From positions 416,001 to 480,000 of the forward strand of contig JALSOH010000004.1 of assembly GCA_026986575.1 (NCBI GenBank): 64,000 nucleotides of DNA, written 5' to 3'. The notes beneath the pieces were generated by a model that worked only from the letters and a program-made list of their open reading frames with translations, ran no database searches and was not told the origin of the DNA. Position 1 is the first letter of the stretch. Each line of letters begins with the position of its first letter. The position numbers and the translations under genes are program-made. The stretch is from Thermoproteota archaeon. Its GTDB lineage: Archaea > Korarchaeota > Korarchaeia > Korarchaeales > Korarchaeaceae. Shown one piece after another: positions 9,172-18,592 of this stretch.

Positions 9172-10389
9172 TTACTCCAGAAACCCCTCCAATGAGGTCC
9201 ACCTCCTCACGAATCTCAAAAGCCGAGAACTCCGGAGGACCGGGGTTAGATCGAACCTCACCTTACCCCTGAGGAATCTGAGCGCTTCATCCAGCTCGCC
9301 GAACCTCGCGGGCTCCGAAGAGAGCGCTATCCTCATCCCTTCCCTCACCTGCCAGACTCCCACTGGAGCGTAATACTCCGGTCCCACCTCTCTGATGGCT
9401 AGAACTGATGCCTGCCTCCTCATTGACTGTAGCTTCTCCAGAACGGCGATTCTCATGGCGTAGTGACCTCCATCCATGTAATCCAAACCCATGCGGGTGT
9501 GCTCCCTGTTGATCAGTACGTGAGCTTCTCCAGAGGACTGAGTCCACAGACCTCTAGGCAGCCAGGCCTCCACGATCTCCAGAATGTAGGGACCGGGAAC
9601 GATCAACACGAAGTACCTGTTCCCCTCATAACTACTCCGGAAAAGTAGTATGTCCCCAGCGTAAGGAGACATCTGCTCGAGGAGCCTCCTCAACCAGTTC
9701 CCGACCATGGAATCTACCGCGGTTATCGCCCATCTCGTGGGAACCAACCTCCTCCTTCCCCGAACACCCAAGGAGCCTAAGGAGAGGACCTTGGAGATGG
9801 AATGGACATCTACGCCCTTCTCGTAGAGCTCTACGATACCCTCGGCGGCGCTCAGATCCCTGTCGTAAACGCTCCTCTCTATCGGAGTCGGTATCTTCGG
9901 CTCTTCGGCGAGTTTTACCCTTTCTACAGGGGCTGTCGGGCCTAGTGGTGTGAGGAGACCGTCGAAGGAGATCCTAGGAGTCGGAGGTCTCTTAAGCCTA
10001 GCCTCCATTTCGATGGGAACCTCGCTTAGAAGGGCCCATCTGACCTCCTCGACCTGCGGTTCATCCACCCTCCTCACATCCATTCTAAAGTGAGCGTAAA
10101 CTTGCGAGGAGAACCTAGAAATCATGTAACTGAGGGACCTCCTTATCCACAGGGCAGGGCGCTCAGGGAGATCCAGCTCTCTTAGAGCTACCATGGGACC
10201 CACGGACACCTTTGGATATCCCCTCTCACCCACGAGGGCCGAAGGGGGTGAGGGACCCTCCACCAAGTTGGTCTTAGGGACCTTCGCCTGAGACTTGACT
10301 CTCTCCAGAATGGGGCACTTGGACAGGCCGCATAGCAGCTTGGTTCCCTTGCACCTGACGCAAAGGGATGGGTCTATCCTAGAGGGCAC
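9172..10389 (-). CDS. nreA: Nre family DNA repair protein (DUF650/DUF651)
   Basis: N-terminal CVRCKG...LCG...CP, SPPSALVGERGYP, RRLVPTRWAITAVD, GGHYAMR, PVGVWQVRE, C-terminal PIP-like TSLEGF. Confidence 0.9.
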   Translation of the reverse strand: MPSRIDPSLCVRCKGTKLLCGLSKCPILERVKSQAKVPKTNLVEGPSPPSALVGERGYPKVSVGPMVALRELDLPERPALWIRRSLSYMISRFSSQVYAHFRMDVRRVDEPQVEEVRWALLSEVPIEMEARLKRPPTPRISFDGLLTPLGPTAPVERVKLAEEPKIPTPIERSVYDRDLSAAEGIVELYEKGVDVHSISKVLSLGSLGVRGRRRLVPTRWAITAVDSMVGNWLRRLLEQMSPYAGDILLFRSSYEGNRYFVLIVPGPYILEIVEAWLPRGLWTQSSGEAHVLINREHTRMGLDYMDGGHYAMRIAVLEKLQSMRRQASVLAIREVGPEYYAPVGVWQVREGMRIALSSEPARFGELDEALRFLRGKVRFDLTPVLRSSRLLRFVRRWTSLEGFLE

Positions 10390-10419
10390 AAATAAGAGTT
10401 ACATGGGGGAAATTAATCA

Positions 10420-10824
10420 TTAATCGTTGATTTCAATACCTGGCTTAACCCTGTAGACCTTCCCCCTCCCGTCCACCCTCTCCACGAACCCTCTCTCCTC
10501 GAGGATCCTCAATCTCTCCGATATTATCCTCCTAGAGGCCGATCCCCTTAGCTTCCTGACCTCTTTCGTGAGCTGGGATATGTTGAGCGGCCCCTTCGTG
10601 GCAAGGGCCCTGATTATGCTCCTATCTATGTCTCCCGTCACCAGCTGGGCCATTCTCTCCACCTTCGCGACGCTTCCCAGTATCGAGGCGTACGCCCTCA
10701 GGAGTGACTTGTACACCTCCAAGCTTCTCAGGTCAGCTTCCGCGGATTCCATCCTGCTCTCAAGCCTGTCGAGCCGCTCTATTATCTTGAACAGCAATTC
10801 TTTGATCTCATCGAGTTCCCCCAT
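10420..10824 (-). CDS. Winged-helix transcriptional regulator with N-terminal coiled coil
   Basis: Start at ATG 10824 behind GGAGGAG. Coiled coil, then GPLNISQLTKEVRKLRGSASRRIISERL..LEERGFV. Confidence 0.75.
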   Translation of the reverse strand: MGELDEIKELLFKIIERLDRLESRMESAEADLRSLEVYKSLLRAYASILGSVAKVERMAQLVTGDIDRSIIRALATKGPLNISQLTKEVRKLRGSASRRIISERLRILEERGFVERVDGRGKVYRVKPGIEIND

Positions 10825-11039
10825 CCTACAACTCCTCCTATATCGGGGACGATTATCTCCAAGAGCTCTCGACATACTCCCTCGCTGAGACCCGATGATC
10901 TGAGTTCTTTCAGAGCCGATCTCCTAGCTAGACTCTTCCTCACCTTATAGGCTCCTAGGAGGTAGAGGACCCTCAGGGCCAGCGGCGACAGCGATCCTAT
11001 CAGCAATAGAAGCTCTATCGCGGCCCTGAGGCGCCTCAA
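10782..11039 (-). CDS. Small hypothetical membrane-associated protein
   Basis: Hydrophobic N-terminal helix, basic patch, KELRSSGLSE motif. Start overlaps the stop of the upstream gene. Confidence 0.6.
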   Translation of the reverse strand: MRRLRAAIELLLLIGSLSPLALRVLYLLGAYKVRKSLARRSALKELRSSGLSEGVCRELLEIIVPDIGGVVGWGNSMRSKNCCSR

Positions 11040-11356
11040 TCCCCTTCCCCTTTCATTACGGACTTGAGCACGGACATCGGGTTGATGAAGTGCTCCTTGG
11101 TGAGCTTGAGGGCCAGATCCTCAGGTATGCCCTGATCCACGAGCTCCTTGTAGAAGGAAGCTATGGCCCTAGCCCTCTCCCTCGCCCTCTCAGGGTTGTA
11201 GGTGAGGTCCATTATCTCCTTAAGGGGTTCGATCAGGCCCTGTAACAGCCTAGGAACCTCGCTCCTGAGGACCGAGAATATCTCCCTGAGCTCCTCTACA
11301 TCTTCATCGATTGAGAGTTTCCTCCCCTTTTTCGCAACCTCCTTATCCTCGTCCAT
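11036..11356 (-). CDS. Small helical hypothetical protein
   Basis: Good codon usage, GGTGG RBS-like element, FYKELVDQGIPEDLAL motif. First gene of a three-gene operon. Confidence 0.75.
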   Translation of the reverse strand: MDEDKEVAKKGRKLSIDEDVEELREIFSVLRSEVPRLLQGLIEPLKEIMDLTYNPERARERARAIASFYKELVDQGIPEDLALKLTKEHFINPMSVLKSVMKGEGD

Positions 11357-11379
11357 TATCTACCACCAACTCTAATCCC

Positions 11380-11440
11380 TGATCACGACCTATAAGGTGA
11401 TTGCAAATATGTGAGCACTATGTGATCGCTCACGATCGCT
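11380..11440. promoter_or_regulatory. Cluster of GTGATCAC-like operator repeats in a divergent promoter
   Basis: TGATCAC (11380), GTGATTGC (11397), GTGAGCAC (11411), GTGATCGC (11422), ACGATCGC (11432). Confidence 0.55.
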
Positions 11441-11484
11441 AAGGGTTATTTCAAATTATGTAATTTTATACCTGTGAAGTTCAG

Positions 11485-12441
11485 GTGACCCTGATGCTCA
11501 AAACCCAAAGATTGGAAGAGCAGCCAGAGCTGGCAGTGGAAGCTAAGAATCTAACCAAGAGATTCGGCAAATTCGTTGCTGTCGATCACATAAGCTTGGA
11601 GATAAGGCGGGGGGAGAACTTCGGTCTTTTGGGGCCAAACGGGGCCGGGAAGACCACGACTATAAGGATGATAACTGGGGTCATAAAACCTTCAGAGGGC
11701 TACGTGAAGGTCTTTGGCATAGATGTGGCCAAAGAGAGGAAGAAGGTCCTAAAGTACATAGGGTACATGCCCCAGAAGTTCAGCCTGTACGAAGATCTAA
11801 CGGTCGAGGAGAACATAAGGCTATATGGACGCCTCCAAGGGTTGACCGGATCTCTACTCAAGGATAGAGTTAAGGAACTGCTGGAGAGATTCTACCTCTG
11901 GGAATTCAGAAGAAGGCTCGCCGGAAAACTCAGTGGGGGAATGAAACAGAGGTTGGCGCTTGCTACAGCGCTTGTACACGACCCGACCCTCCTGATTCTG
12001 GACGAGCCCACTGCAGGAGTTGATCCTCCCCTCAGGCGGAAGTTCTGGGAGCACTTCAGGGAGCTGAACAGGGAGGGCAAGACGATACTCGTGACGACCC
12101 ACTACATGGACGAGGCGGAGAACTGCGACAGGCTGGCATTAATGAACAGGGGCAGAATAATTGCGGAAGGTACGCCCAGAGAGATAAAGAGGAGGGCTTT
12201 GGGAGGGGACCTAGTGGAAATAGTCTTCGAGGGGAATCTGGATCCGGCTGCCCTTCCAGGGGTCAAGTCGGTCATGGAGGACTCGAGCGAGAGGTACCTC
12301 CTAGTAGTGGAGGACGCTGGGAGGGATCTCCCTAGGATCGTGAAAAAAGCAGAGGAACTGGGAGCTAAGATACTGGTGGCGTCGCCTGTTCATGTGAGCT
12401 TGGAGGAAGCATTCATCAGGTTCATGGGTGAATCCGAATGA
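11485..12441 (+). CDS. ABC-2 exporter ATP-binding protein
   Basis: GPNGAGKTT, LSGGMKQR, LILDEPTAGVDP, TTHYMDEAE. Confidence 0.93.
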   Translation: MTLMLKTQRLEEQPELAVEAKNLTKRFGKFVAVDHISLEIRRGENFGLLGPNGAGKTTTIRMITGVIKPSEGYVKVFGIDVAKERKKVLKYIGYMPQKFSLYEDLTVEENIRLYGRLQGLTGSLLKDRVKELLERFYLWEFRRRLAGKLSGGMKQRLALATALVHDPTLLILDEPTAGVDPPLRRKFWEHFRELNREGKTILVTTHYMDEAENCDRLALMNRGRIIAEGTPREIKRRALGGDLVEIVFEGNLDPAALPGVKSVMEDSSERYLLVVEDAGRDLPRIVKKAEELGAKILVASPVHVSLEEAFIRFMGESE

Positions 12442-13571
12442 TCGAACTAGAGGAGGGAATAAGGAAGGGCTTCAGGATAATACCGATAGTGGACAAGGAG
12501 ATAAGGCAGCTTGTTAGAGATCCCAAGACAATTCTAATGGTCCTCCTGATGCCGATAACAGTTACCATCCTCTTTGGATACGGGTATGGTGGCAAGGGAG
12601 CCGGGAAGTATCCTATAACAGTAGTGGACCTAGATGGGGGAGATGGAGCCTTCAAGTTCATACAGGAGCTCAGAAACTCCAAGATGTTTCAGATAAAAGC
12701 CATATACAAGTCCAAGGGGCAGGGCTTCTCCTCCGTGTACTCAGGTGAGGTTTACGCGAGCCTGATAATTCCTGAGACCTTCACCGAGGATCTCATGATG
12801 GGCAGACCGACTAGGGTGGAACTGTACTACGATGCTAGCAATCCGTCCGTGGCTCAGATGATAATGCAGGCCGTCGGGGTGGTCACTCAACAGTTTCAGG
12901 AGTGGGCCGCAGCCCGGTTCGGTACCTTCGCCATAACTCCCATGTTCTACACGGTCTATGGACCCGAGATAAAAAAGATAGAGAGCTTCATTCCGACACT
13001 CATGGCGATGATACTGCAGATGGTCCCAACCAGCCTAATATCCGTCTCAATCTGTAGAGAGAGGGAAAAGGGGACCTTTGAGCAGTTTATCATGACGCCT
13101 GTCAGCGTCTTCGACATAATATTCGGTAAGCTGGCTGCCTATTTCTTCGCGACAATATCTGATGCCATACTGAGCCTTTTCACGGCTATACTGCTCTTCG
13201 ATGTGAAGCTTAAGGGCACCTTCTTGGACATGATTATCGTGTCTACGGTGTTCCTCCTGAATTCGCTAAGCTTGGGTCTGCTGATATCGGTCTTCTCTAG
13301 GAATCAACTTCAGGCCTATCAGGCGAGCATATTCTCATTCATCATATTCATGCTCTTCAGCGGCGTTTTCATTCCAGTGGATGTCCTCAGTTCGGAGGCA
13401 AAGCTGATCGCATCCTTCGTTCCGATGTACTATTTCGTGACGGCCTTCAGGAACGTTTCCCTCAAAGGATGGAACTACCTCATGGTCCTGGATCAGCTAA
13501 CAGTGATTAGTATGTTCACATTCGCTTTTCTCGCCCTCTCTCTGAGGTTCCTGAGGATGGAGGTGACGTGA
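12438..13571 (+). CDS. ABC-2 exporter permease
   Basis: KEIRQLVRDP, REREKGTFEQ...TPV...GKL, six TM helices. Confidence 0.9.
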   Translation: MIELEEGIRKGFRIIPIVDKEIRQLVRDPKTILMVLLMPITVTILFGYGYGGKGAGKYPITVVDLDGGDGAFKFIQELRNSKMFQIKAIYKSKGQGFSSVYSGEVYASLIIPETFTEDLMMGRPTRVELYYDASNPSVAQMIMQAVGVVTQQFQEWAAARFGTFAITPMFYTVYGPEIKKIESFIPTLMAMILQMVPTSLISVSICREREKGTFEQFIMTPVSVFDIIFGKLAAYFFATISDAILSLFTAILLFDVKLKGTFLDMIIVSTVFLLNSLSLGLLISVFSRNQLQAYQASIFSFIIFMLFSGVFIPVDVLSSEAKLIASFVPMYYFVTAFRNVSLKGWNYLMVLDQLTVISMFTFAFLALSLRFLRMEVT

Positions 13572-16069
13572 TGAGGAGGATCGCACCGATAATCTCGATG
13601 ATCCTCGTATTGCTACCTATCCTCTCAGCAGGAGTGAACGGCTCTCCTTCCCCTTACTTGAAGGTAGAAGATTCGTACTGGAGCGGCCTCCTAGTGTTGG
13701 GGGCGACGAATACCTTCACCGTGGAACTGAAGAGCCTCTACTCTGGATCCATAAGCGGAATTTCCGCCACCTTGACCGTCCACGACATGGCTGGATCTGA
13801 TTACTCGGGAACCTTCTCCTACCCCGGCTCCCTCTTCGAAGGGCAGGTGCTGGTCATGGACTTCGGAATATTCGTACCAGCGAACGCGGATGCATCTCAT
13901 TATAGGGCTACCTTGGAGGTGAGCTTCACAGCGGATGGCACTCCTGAAACGGAGACGTTCGATCTCTACGTGACAATCCAGGGCACTCCTCAAGTGAAGT
14001 GCTCCCTCTCCGCCACCGCCAAGCCAGGGAGACCTGCTACCGCTCAACTCACACTATTCAACAACGGAGATGGCGTCGCTAGGAGGGTAAGGGCCGTAAT
14101 AAACCCTACATCACCTAATGTACAGGTTTCCTCCCCGGTGGAGGCAGGTATCATCGATCCGGGTGAAAGTAAGACGTTCCCCGTCACCATATATGTTGGC
14201 GACGCCGCTGATGAGGCGGTGACCTTAACGGTTACCGTCACTTGGGAATCTCAGGTGGGAGCTGGGGGTCAGTATACATGCACGCAAAATGTGGCGATCT
14301 CGGAGATGCCGCCTCGCGGCCTATTCGTGACCACAAACACCACGACCTTGGAACCGGGCAAGGTTAATAGGATATACCTCTTCGTTGAGAACAGAGGGGA
14401 AGATGCATTCAGAGCCACGTTAACCGTCCAATCACCCCCGAATACGGCTGTACGTGGGTCTAACAAGGTAGACTTGGGGAACATATCCTCAGGGAATGTA
14501 GTGTGTGTTCCCATAGACCTCTTCGTGGATCCGTCAATTAGGGGGCCCTTGCAGTTATCGACCAACGTTGAATGGTTTGATTCTGGATCTGAGCGCCACA
14601 CCAATCCTGCGAACTTAGGATTTTACGTGGAAACGATCCCGGGGCCCTATCTCGTGGCCTACACGGATAGGAAGGTGCTGACTCCGGGAGAGCAGGACAT
14701 GGTGAACATAGTCCTGAGGAACGAAGGGGAGGAAACTGCTAAGTCCGTCAGGGTGAACTTTGTTCCCTCCAAGGATTTGGCGCTTCTATCCCCAAGTGGA
14801 GTCGAGGTAGGGGACTTGGAGCCTGGGCAGGGAGCTGAGATGACGGTACTGGTATCCGCGCCGAACGTGAGTTATGGGAGCCTGGCGATGACCCTCCAAA
14901 TCTCCTACTTCGATGAACATGATAGATCTAGGGAGCAGGTTATACCCCTCTCCTTCATAACTGAGAGTCCAGATACCCCATTGATCTCCGTGTCACCGTT
15001 AGATACGGAGCTGACGGTGGATGAGGTAAACAGCATTAGGGTGAAGGTAACGAACGAGGGAGGGATAGCTAGAGACTTGGTAGTGAAGTTGGCCCTGCCC
15101 TCCCCGGAGTTGGGTGCTATAGTAGGTGAGGACTACGCCTACATAGAGCAGCTCGATCCCGGGAAATCGGTGATAAGAGAATTCTCCGTTTATTTATCGC
15201 CTCAAGCATACGGAGCAGTCCAACTCTTGGTTCACGCTAGCTACGAGGACGAGGCCGGCATTGCTCACAATGATCTGCTCTCATTCGGTGTGAGAGCCGT
15301 GGGAAAACCCCAGATAGAGGTGGCTCATGTATCTACAGCCCCCTCTTCCGTATATCCCGGTGATACCAATGTGAAGCTGGTTGTGGTCCTGACCAATGTA
15401 GGCAATTACGTGGCGAAGGATCTGAGAGTCGTCCTCAAGCCCATCCCCGGTGTGATGAAACCCTCATCTCCGGGAACCGACACGTTCCTCATACCGGCAC
15501 TGCCACCTAACCAAGCAATGGATGTTACATTCCTCGTCGATATAGAGGAAAACGCCAAGCCAGGCAGGTACGAAGCCACACTGGTGTCCAAGCTCGGAAA
15601 CACAACCATACCCGTCCAAATAGATGAGAAGGCGAAGTTCAAGCTGCTCGAGTTCTCCATACCGGGTAGGCCCAAACCTGGAGACAGGGGGGTGAAGCTG
15701 ACAGTTGTAATAAAGAACGAGGCCAGGGTGACGGCTAAAGACGTTGTCCTAGAGGTCATAACCCCTTACTTGGTGGGAACGACATCCTTGGCGCTGGGAG
15801 AAGTACCCTCGAAGTCCAACGCCTCCGCCATAATGGAAGTGGATATAGATGAGAACGCTCCCGAGAAGGTGCCAGTGGATATCAAGATCTCTTGGAAGCA
15901 GGACGGTCGCTCGCTCTATCAGACAATCCATACGGAGGTGAAACTGGAGGCCGCTGGAGGAAAGTGGTGGGGAGGGAACTACTTAGGTCTCATAGCGATA
16001 TCGATCATAGCGGTCGGAGTCTTGGCATCCCTCCCAATGATAAAGAAGTTCATCTCGGGAGGTTCTTAG
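13568..16069 (+). CDS. COG1361 S-layer domain-like surface protein (tandem Ig/CARDB repeats)
   Basis: Signal peptide, repeated N-x-G...A...V...G-x-L-x-PG units, C-terminal TM anchor. Translationally coupled to the permease. Confidence 0.8.
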   Translation: MMRRIAPIISMILVLLPILSAGVNGSPSPYLKVEDSYWSGLLVLGATNTFTVELKSLYSGSISGISATLTVHDMAGSDYSGTFSYPGSLFEGQVLVMDFGIFVPANADASHYRATLEVSFTADGTPETETFDLYVTIQGTPQVKCSLSATAKPGRPATAQLTLFNNGDGVARRVRAVINPTSPNVQVSSPVEAGIIDPGESKTFPVTIYVGDAADEAVTLTVTVTWESQVGAGGQYTCTQNVAISEMPPRGLFVTTNTTTLEPGKVNRIYLFVENRGEDAFRATLTVQSPPNTAVRGSNKVDLGNISSGNVVCVPIDLFVDPSIRGPLQLSTNVEWFDSGSERHTNPANLGFYVETIPGPYLVAYTDRKVLTPGEQDMVNIVLRNEGEETAKSVRVNFVPSKDLALLSPSGVEVGDLEPGQGAEMTVLVSAPNVSYGSLAMTLQISYFDEHDRSREQVIPLSFITESPDTPLISVSPLDTELTVDEVNSIRVKVTNEGGIARDLVVKLALPSPELGAIVGEDYAYIEQLDPGKSVIREFSVYLSPQAYGAVQLLVHASYEDEAGIAHNDLLSFGVRAVGKPQIEVAHVSTAPSSVYPGDTNVKLVVVLTNVGNYVAKDLRVVLKPIPGVMKPSSPGTDTFLIPALPPNQAMDVTFLVDIEENAKPGRYEATLVSKLGNTTIPVQIDEKAKFKLLEFSIPGRPKPGDRGVKLTVVIKNEARVTAKDVVLEVITPYLVGTTSLALGEVPSKSNASAIMEVDIDENAPEKVPVDIKISWKQDGRSLYQTIHTEVKLEAAGGKWWGGNYLGLIAISIIAVGVLASLPMIKKFISGGS

Positions 16070-17492
16070 CCCTCCCGAACTCCACGAGAGCCTTCATGGC
16101 TCTCACAGCTCTTTCTGACTCAGGGTATGCTGGTATGCCCTCCCTCTCGAAGAGCTCCCTGAACTCCCTAGCGTACTGAGAGGACCCCACATCCATAGCC
16201 ACCACCGGCTTGTCGTACTCCCTAGCCAATCTGGCCAATTTGCTGGGAAGCTCTGCACTCACGCCGGGGACATGGTGGAGCGCTAGGACTATAATCCCGT
16301 CTACATTCTCGTCTTCCAGTAGGATCTTCATCGATTCAACGAATGAATCGTCAGTCGCACTTCCAGTGAGATCCACTGGATTACCTGTGGCAGCTATAGG
16401 AGGTATTATCCTCCTCTCTTTGAGCTCTTGGAACTTCCTCTGACTCTCTTCAGTTAGATTGGACAGTCTGAGACCTAGCGCTTCAGTTTCGTCGGCGGCC
16501 ATCACCCCTACCCCACCCCCATCGGTGAGTATGGCTATCCTGTTACCCTTCGCGGGTGGCTGCATCACGAGGGCCTTGGCGGCGTCGAACAGTTCCTCCA
16601 TATCCCTGACCCTTATCACCCCCGCTTGCTTGAACGCCGCGTCGTAAACCGAATCGCTCCCAGCCATCGCGGCGGTATGGGAGCTGGCGGCCCTAGCTCC
16701 GGCGCTCGTCCTCCCTGCCTTGAAGACCACGATAGGTTTCTCTCTAGTTATCTCCTTAGCGAGCTCGAGGAATTCCCTTCCCCTGTCGATGGATTCGGCG
16801 TAGATGAGGATGACCTTGGTCTCCTCATCTTCTTTCAGGTACTCCAGCACATCCACCTCATCAACATCTAGCTTGTTCCCGTAGCTCACAAACTTAGCCA
16901 GTCCTATACCCTCTCCATGCATGTAGTCCAAGCAAGCGACCCCGAAAGCGCCTGACTGGGTGCTTAGGGATATGTTCCCAGGCTTGGGCCTGGGGGACGA
17001 GGTGTACTTCCTCCCCAAGAATTCCTTCTCGACGGGCAGGAACATGGTGTCCACGCCTGTGGAGGGGACCACCACTCCCACACAGTTGGGTCCAATGACC
17101 CTCATCCCGTATCTCTCCCTGATGCTCTCAAGCATCTTCTGGAGCTCCACTCCCTCCCCTCCCACCTCGGCGAATCCCCCGCTTATCACTATGACGTTCT
17201 TTATGCCCTTCTTCCCACATTCCTCCATAGCTGGTGGTGTATATTTGGCGGGAGTTACCAAGACGGCCAGGTCAGGGGTCTCGGGAATATCCAACACCGA
17301 TTTGTATGTAGGAACACCCAGAATCATCTCATCAGATTTCGGATTGACCGCGTAGAGCTTGCCCTTGTAGACCCCTCTTTGAGAATTCTCCACCATGATC
17401 CTCAGCAGCTCGTACCCTATCTTACCTGGAGTCCTCGATGCTCCCACGATCACCATAGATTTTGGATTGAAGAAGCTCTCTATCGAAGACAC
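16050..17492 (-). CDS. acdA: ADP-forming acyl/acetate-CoA ligase alpha subunit
   Basis: FFNPKS..IVGAS, IGPNCVG, TQSGA, SYGNKLD, ASSHTAAMAG (phospho-His), NPVDLTG. Confidence 0.9.
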   Translation of the reverse strand: MSSIESFFNPKSMVIVGASRTPGKIGYELLRIMVENSQRGVYKGKLYAVNPKSDEMILGVPTYKSVLDIPETPDLAVLVTPAKYTPPAMEECGKKGIKNVIVISGGFAEVGGEGVELQKMLESIRERYGMRVIGPNCVGVVVPSTGVDTMFLPVEKEFLGRKYTSSPRPKPGNISLSTQSGAFGVACLDYMHGEGIGLAKFVSYGNKLDVDEVDVLEYLKEDEETKVILIYAESIDRGREFLELAKEITREKPIVVFKAGRTSAGARAASSHTAAMAGSDSVYDAAFKQAGVIRVRDMEELFDAAKALVMQPPAKGNRIAILTDGGGVGVMAADETEALGLRLSNLTEESQRKFQELKERRIIPPIAATGNPVDLTGSATDDSFVESMKILLEDENVDGIIVLALHHVPGVSAELPSKLARLAREYDKPVVAMDVGSSQYAREFRELFEREGIPAYPESERAVRAMKALVEFGRAKNLPR

Positions 17493-17582
17493 CCTACTTC
17501 ACCAAGCCTCCCTCTAGTGTCATAATAAAGAGGTTTCACGGTATACTCCTATCGAATAGGAGGGCCGGATATGCCTGATATT

Positions 17583-17616
17583 AAGAAAAAGGAAAGGCCC
17601 GGGCGGAAAAAGGGCC
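17583..17616 (-). terminator. Hairpin plus U-rich tract downstream of the histone gene
   Basis: On the minus strand GGCCC-N11-GGGCC is followed by TTTCCTTTTTCTT, just after the histone stop. Confidence 0.5.
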
Positions 17617-17622
17617 GGAGAC

Positions 17623-17847
17623 TTATGTCTTCCAGACAGCTCTAACGGCCAGCTCGATGTCGTCGCCGGTTACGGTCTTCCTATTAGCATGCTTGGCGAG
17701 GCTGACTGCGTGCTTGCTCACTTCCATGGCAAACTTCTCCATGTAATGCTCAAGCCTCTCAACAGCAGCGTCACTAACCCTCTCAGCACCGGCCTCCCGG
17801 ATTATCCTCCCGATGGGAGCTAAAGGTAGATACCTCGTCTTGGGCAT
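17623..17847 (-). CDS. Archaeal histone (HMf family)
   Basis: LPLAPIGRII..AGAERVS..A...A.HANRKTV..DDIELA histone-fold motifs. Confidence 0.95.
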   Translation of the reverse strand: MPKTRYLPLAPIGRIIREAGAERVSDAAVERLEHYMEKFAMEVSKHAVSLAKHANRKTVTGDDIELAVRAVWKT

Positions 17848-18037
17848 AAGATAAGGGATCCCAGGTTAAATAAAAAATTTCCCCTTCAAAGCTATGAGAG
17901 GGCTCTACTCAGGAGAGTAGCTTATAACTTCGACATCATCATCTTTACACTGAAATCCATTTAATTTAACATCTGGGATCTTAGGAAGTAGGGAAATTAC
18001 AAGTTCACTTGGAATAAATGGAGAGGTGTTATTAATT

Positions 18038-18591
18038 ATGGCGAGGAGAGTAAGAATTAGCAAATTGGTATCGCTACTACTGAGGCATAGACCGGACTTA
18101 GGTGGATTGTTGCCAAATGAGAGAGGGTTTGTCCCACTAGACGATCTCCTAGACTCCGTAGTTAAAATCATGAGGGAAGAATGCTCTAAGGAGGAGTCCT
18201 AGATGTCATAATGAGCGATGAGGAGAGATTCGAGATAGTGGACGGGATGGTGAGGGCCAGATACGGCCACAGTTTTACGGTCAAATACAATAGGCCCCTC
18301 CAGCCGGAGGAGGTCCCTGAGATACTATATCACGGGACCACCCTCGACTCCCTAGGATCGATACTGAGGGAGGGGCTCAAGCCGATGGGTAGGAGATATG
18401 TCCACCTCTCCCTCACCAAGGAGAGAGCCTTGAAAGTGGCAAAAAGGAGAAAAGGACCTCACGTCATTCTCAGAATAAGGGCTAGAGATCTCGCCAATGA
18501 TGTGCCGCTATACAGACCATCGCGCCTTACCTTCTTGGTGGAGAGGGTTCCCTCGGAATATATAGAAGTGGAGGAGGTAGTCAGGGGGTAA
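18038..18591 (+). pseudogene. kptA: RNA 2'-phosphotransferase Tpt1/KptA, split by a one-base frameshift near 18196
   Basis: ATG 18038 gives MARRVRISKLVSLLLRHRP...GFV, stopping at TAG 18200-18202. A second frame continues ...RARYGHS...LYHGT...GLKPMGRRYVHLS. Adding one G at GAGGAG^TCC restores the ORF. Confidence 0.85.
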
Positions 18592-18592
18592 T

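Noticed and set aside
18200-18202. TAG in kptA as a pyrrolysine or readthrough codon
   Set aside because: The downstream homologous sequence is in a different frame, so this is a frameshift rather than readthrough.
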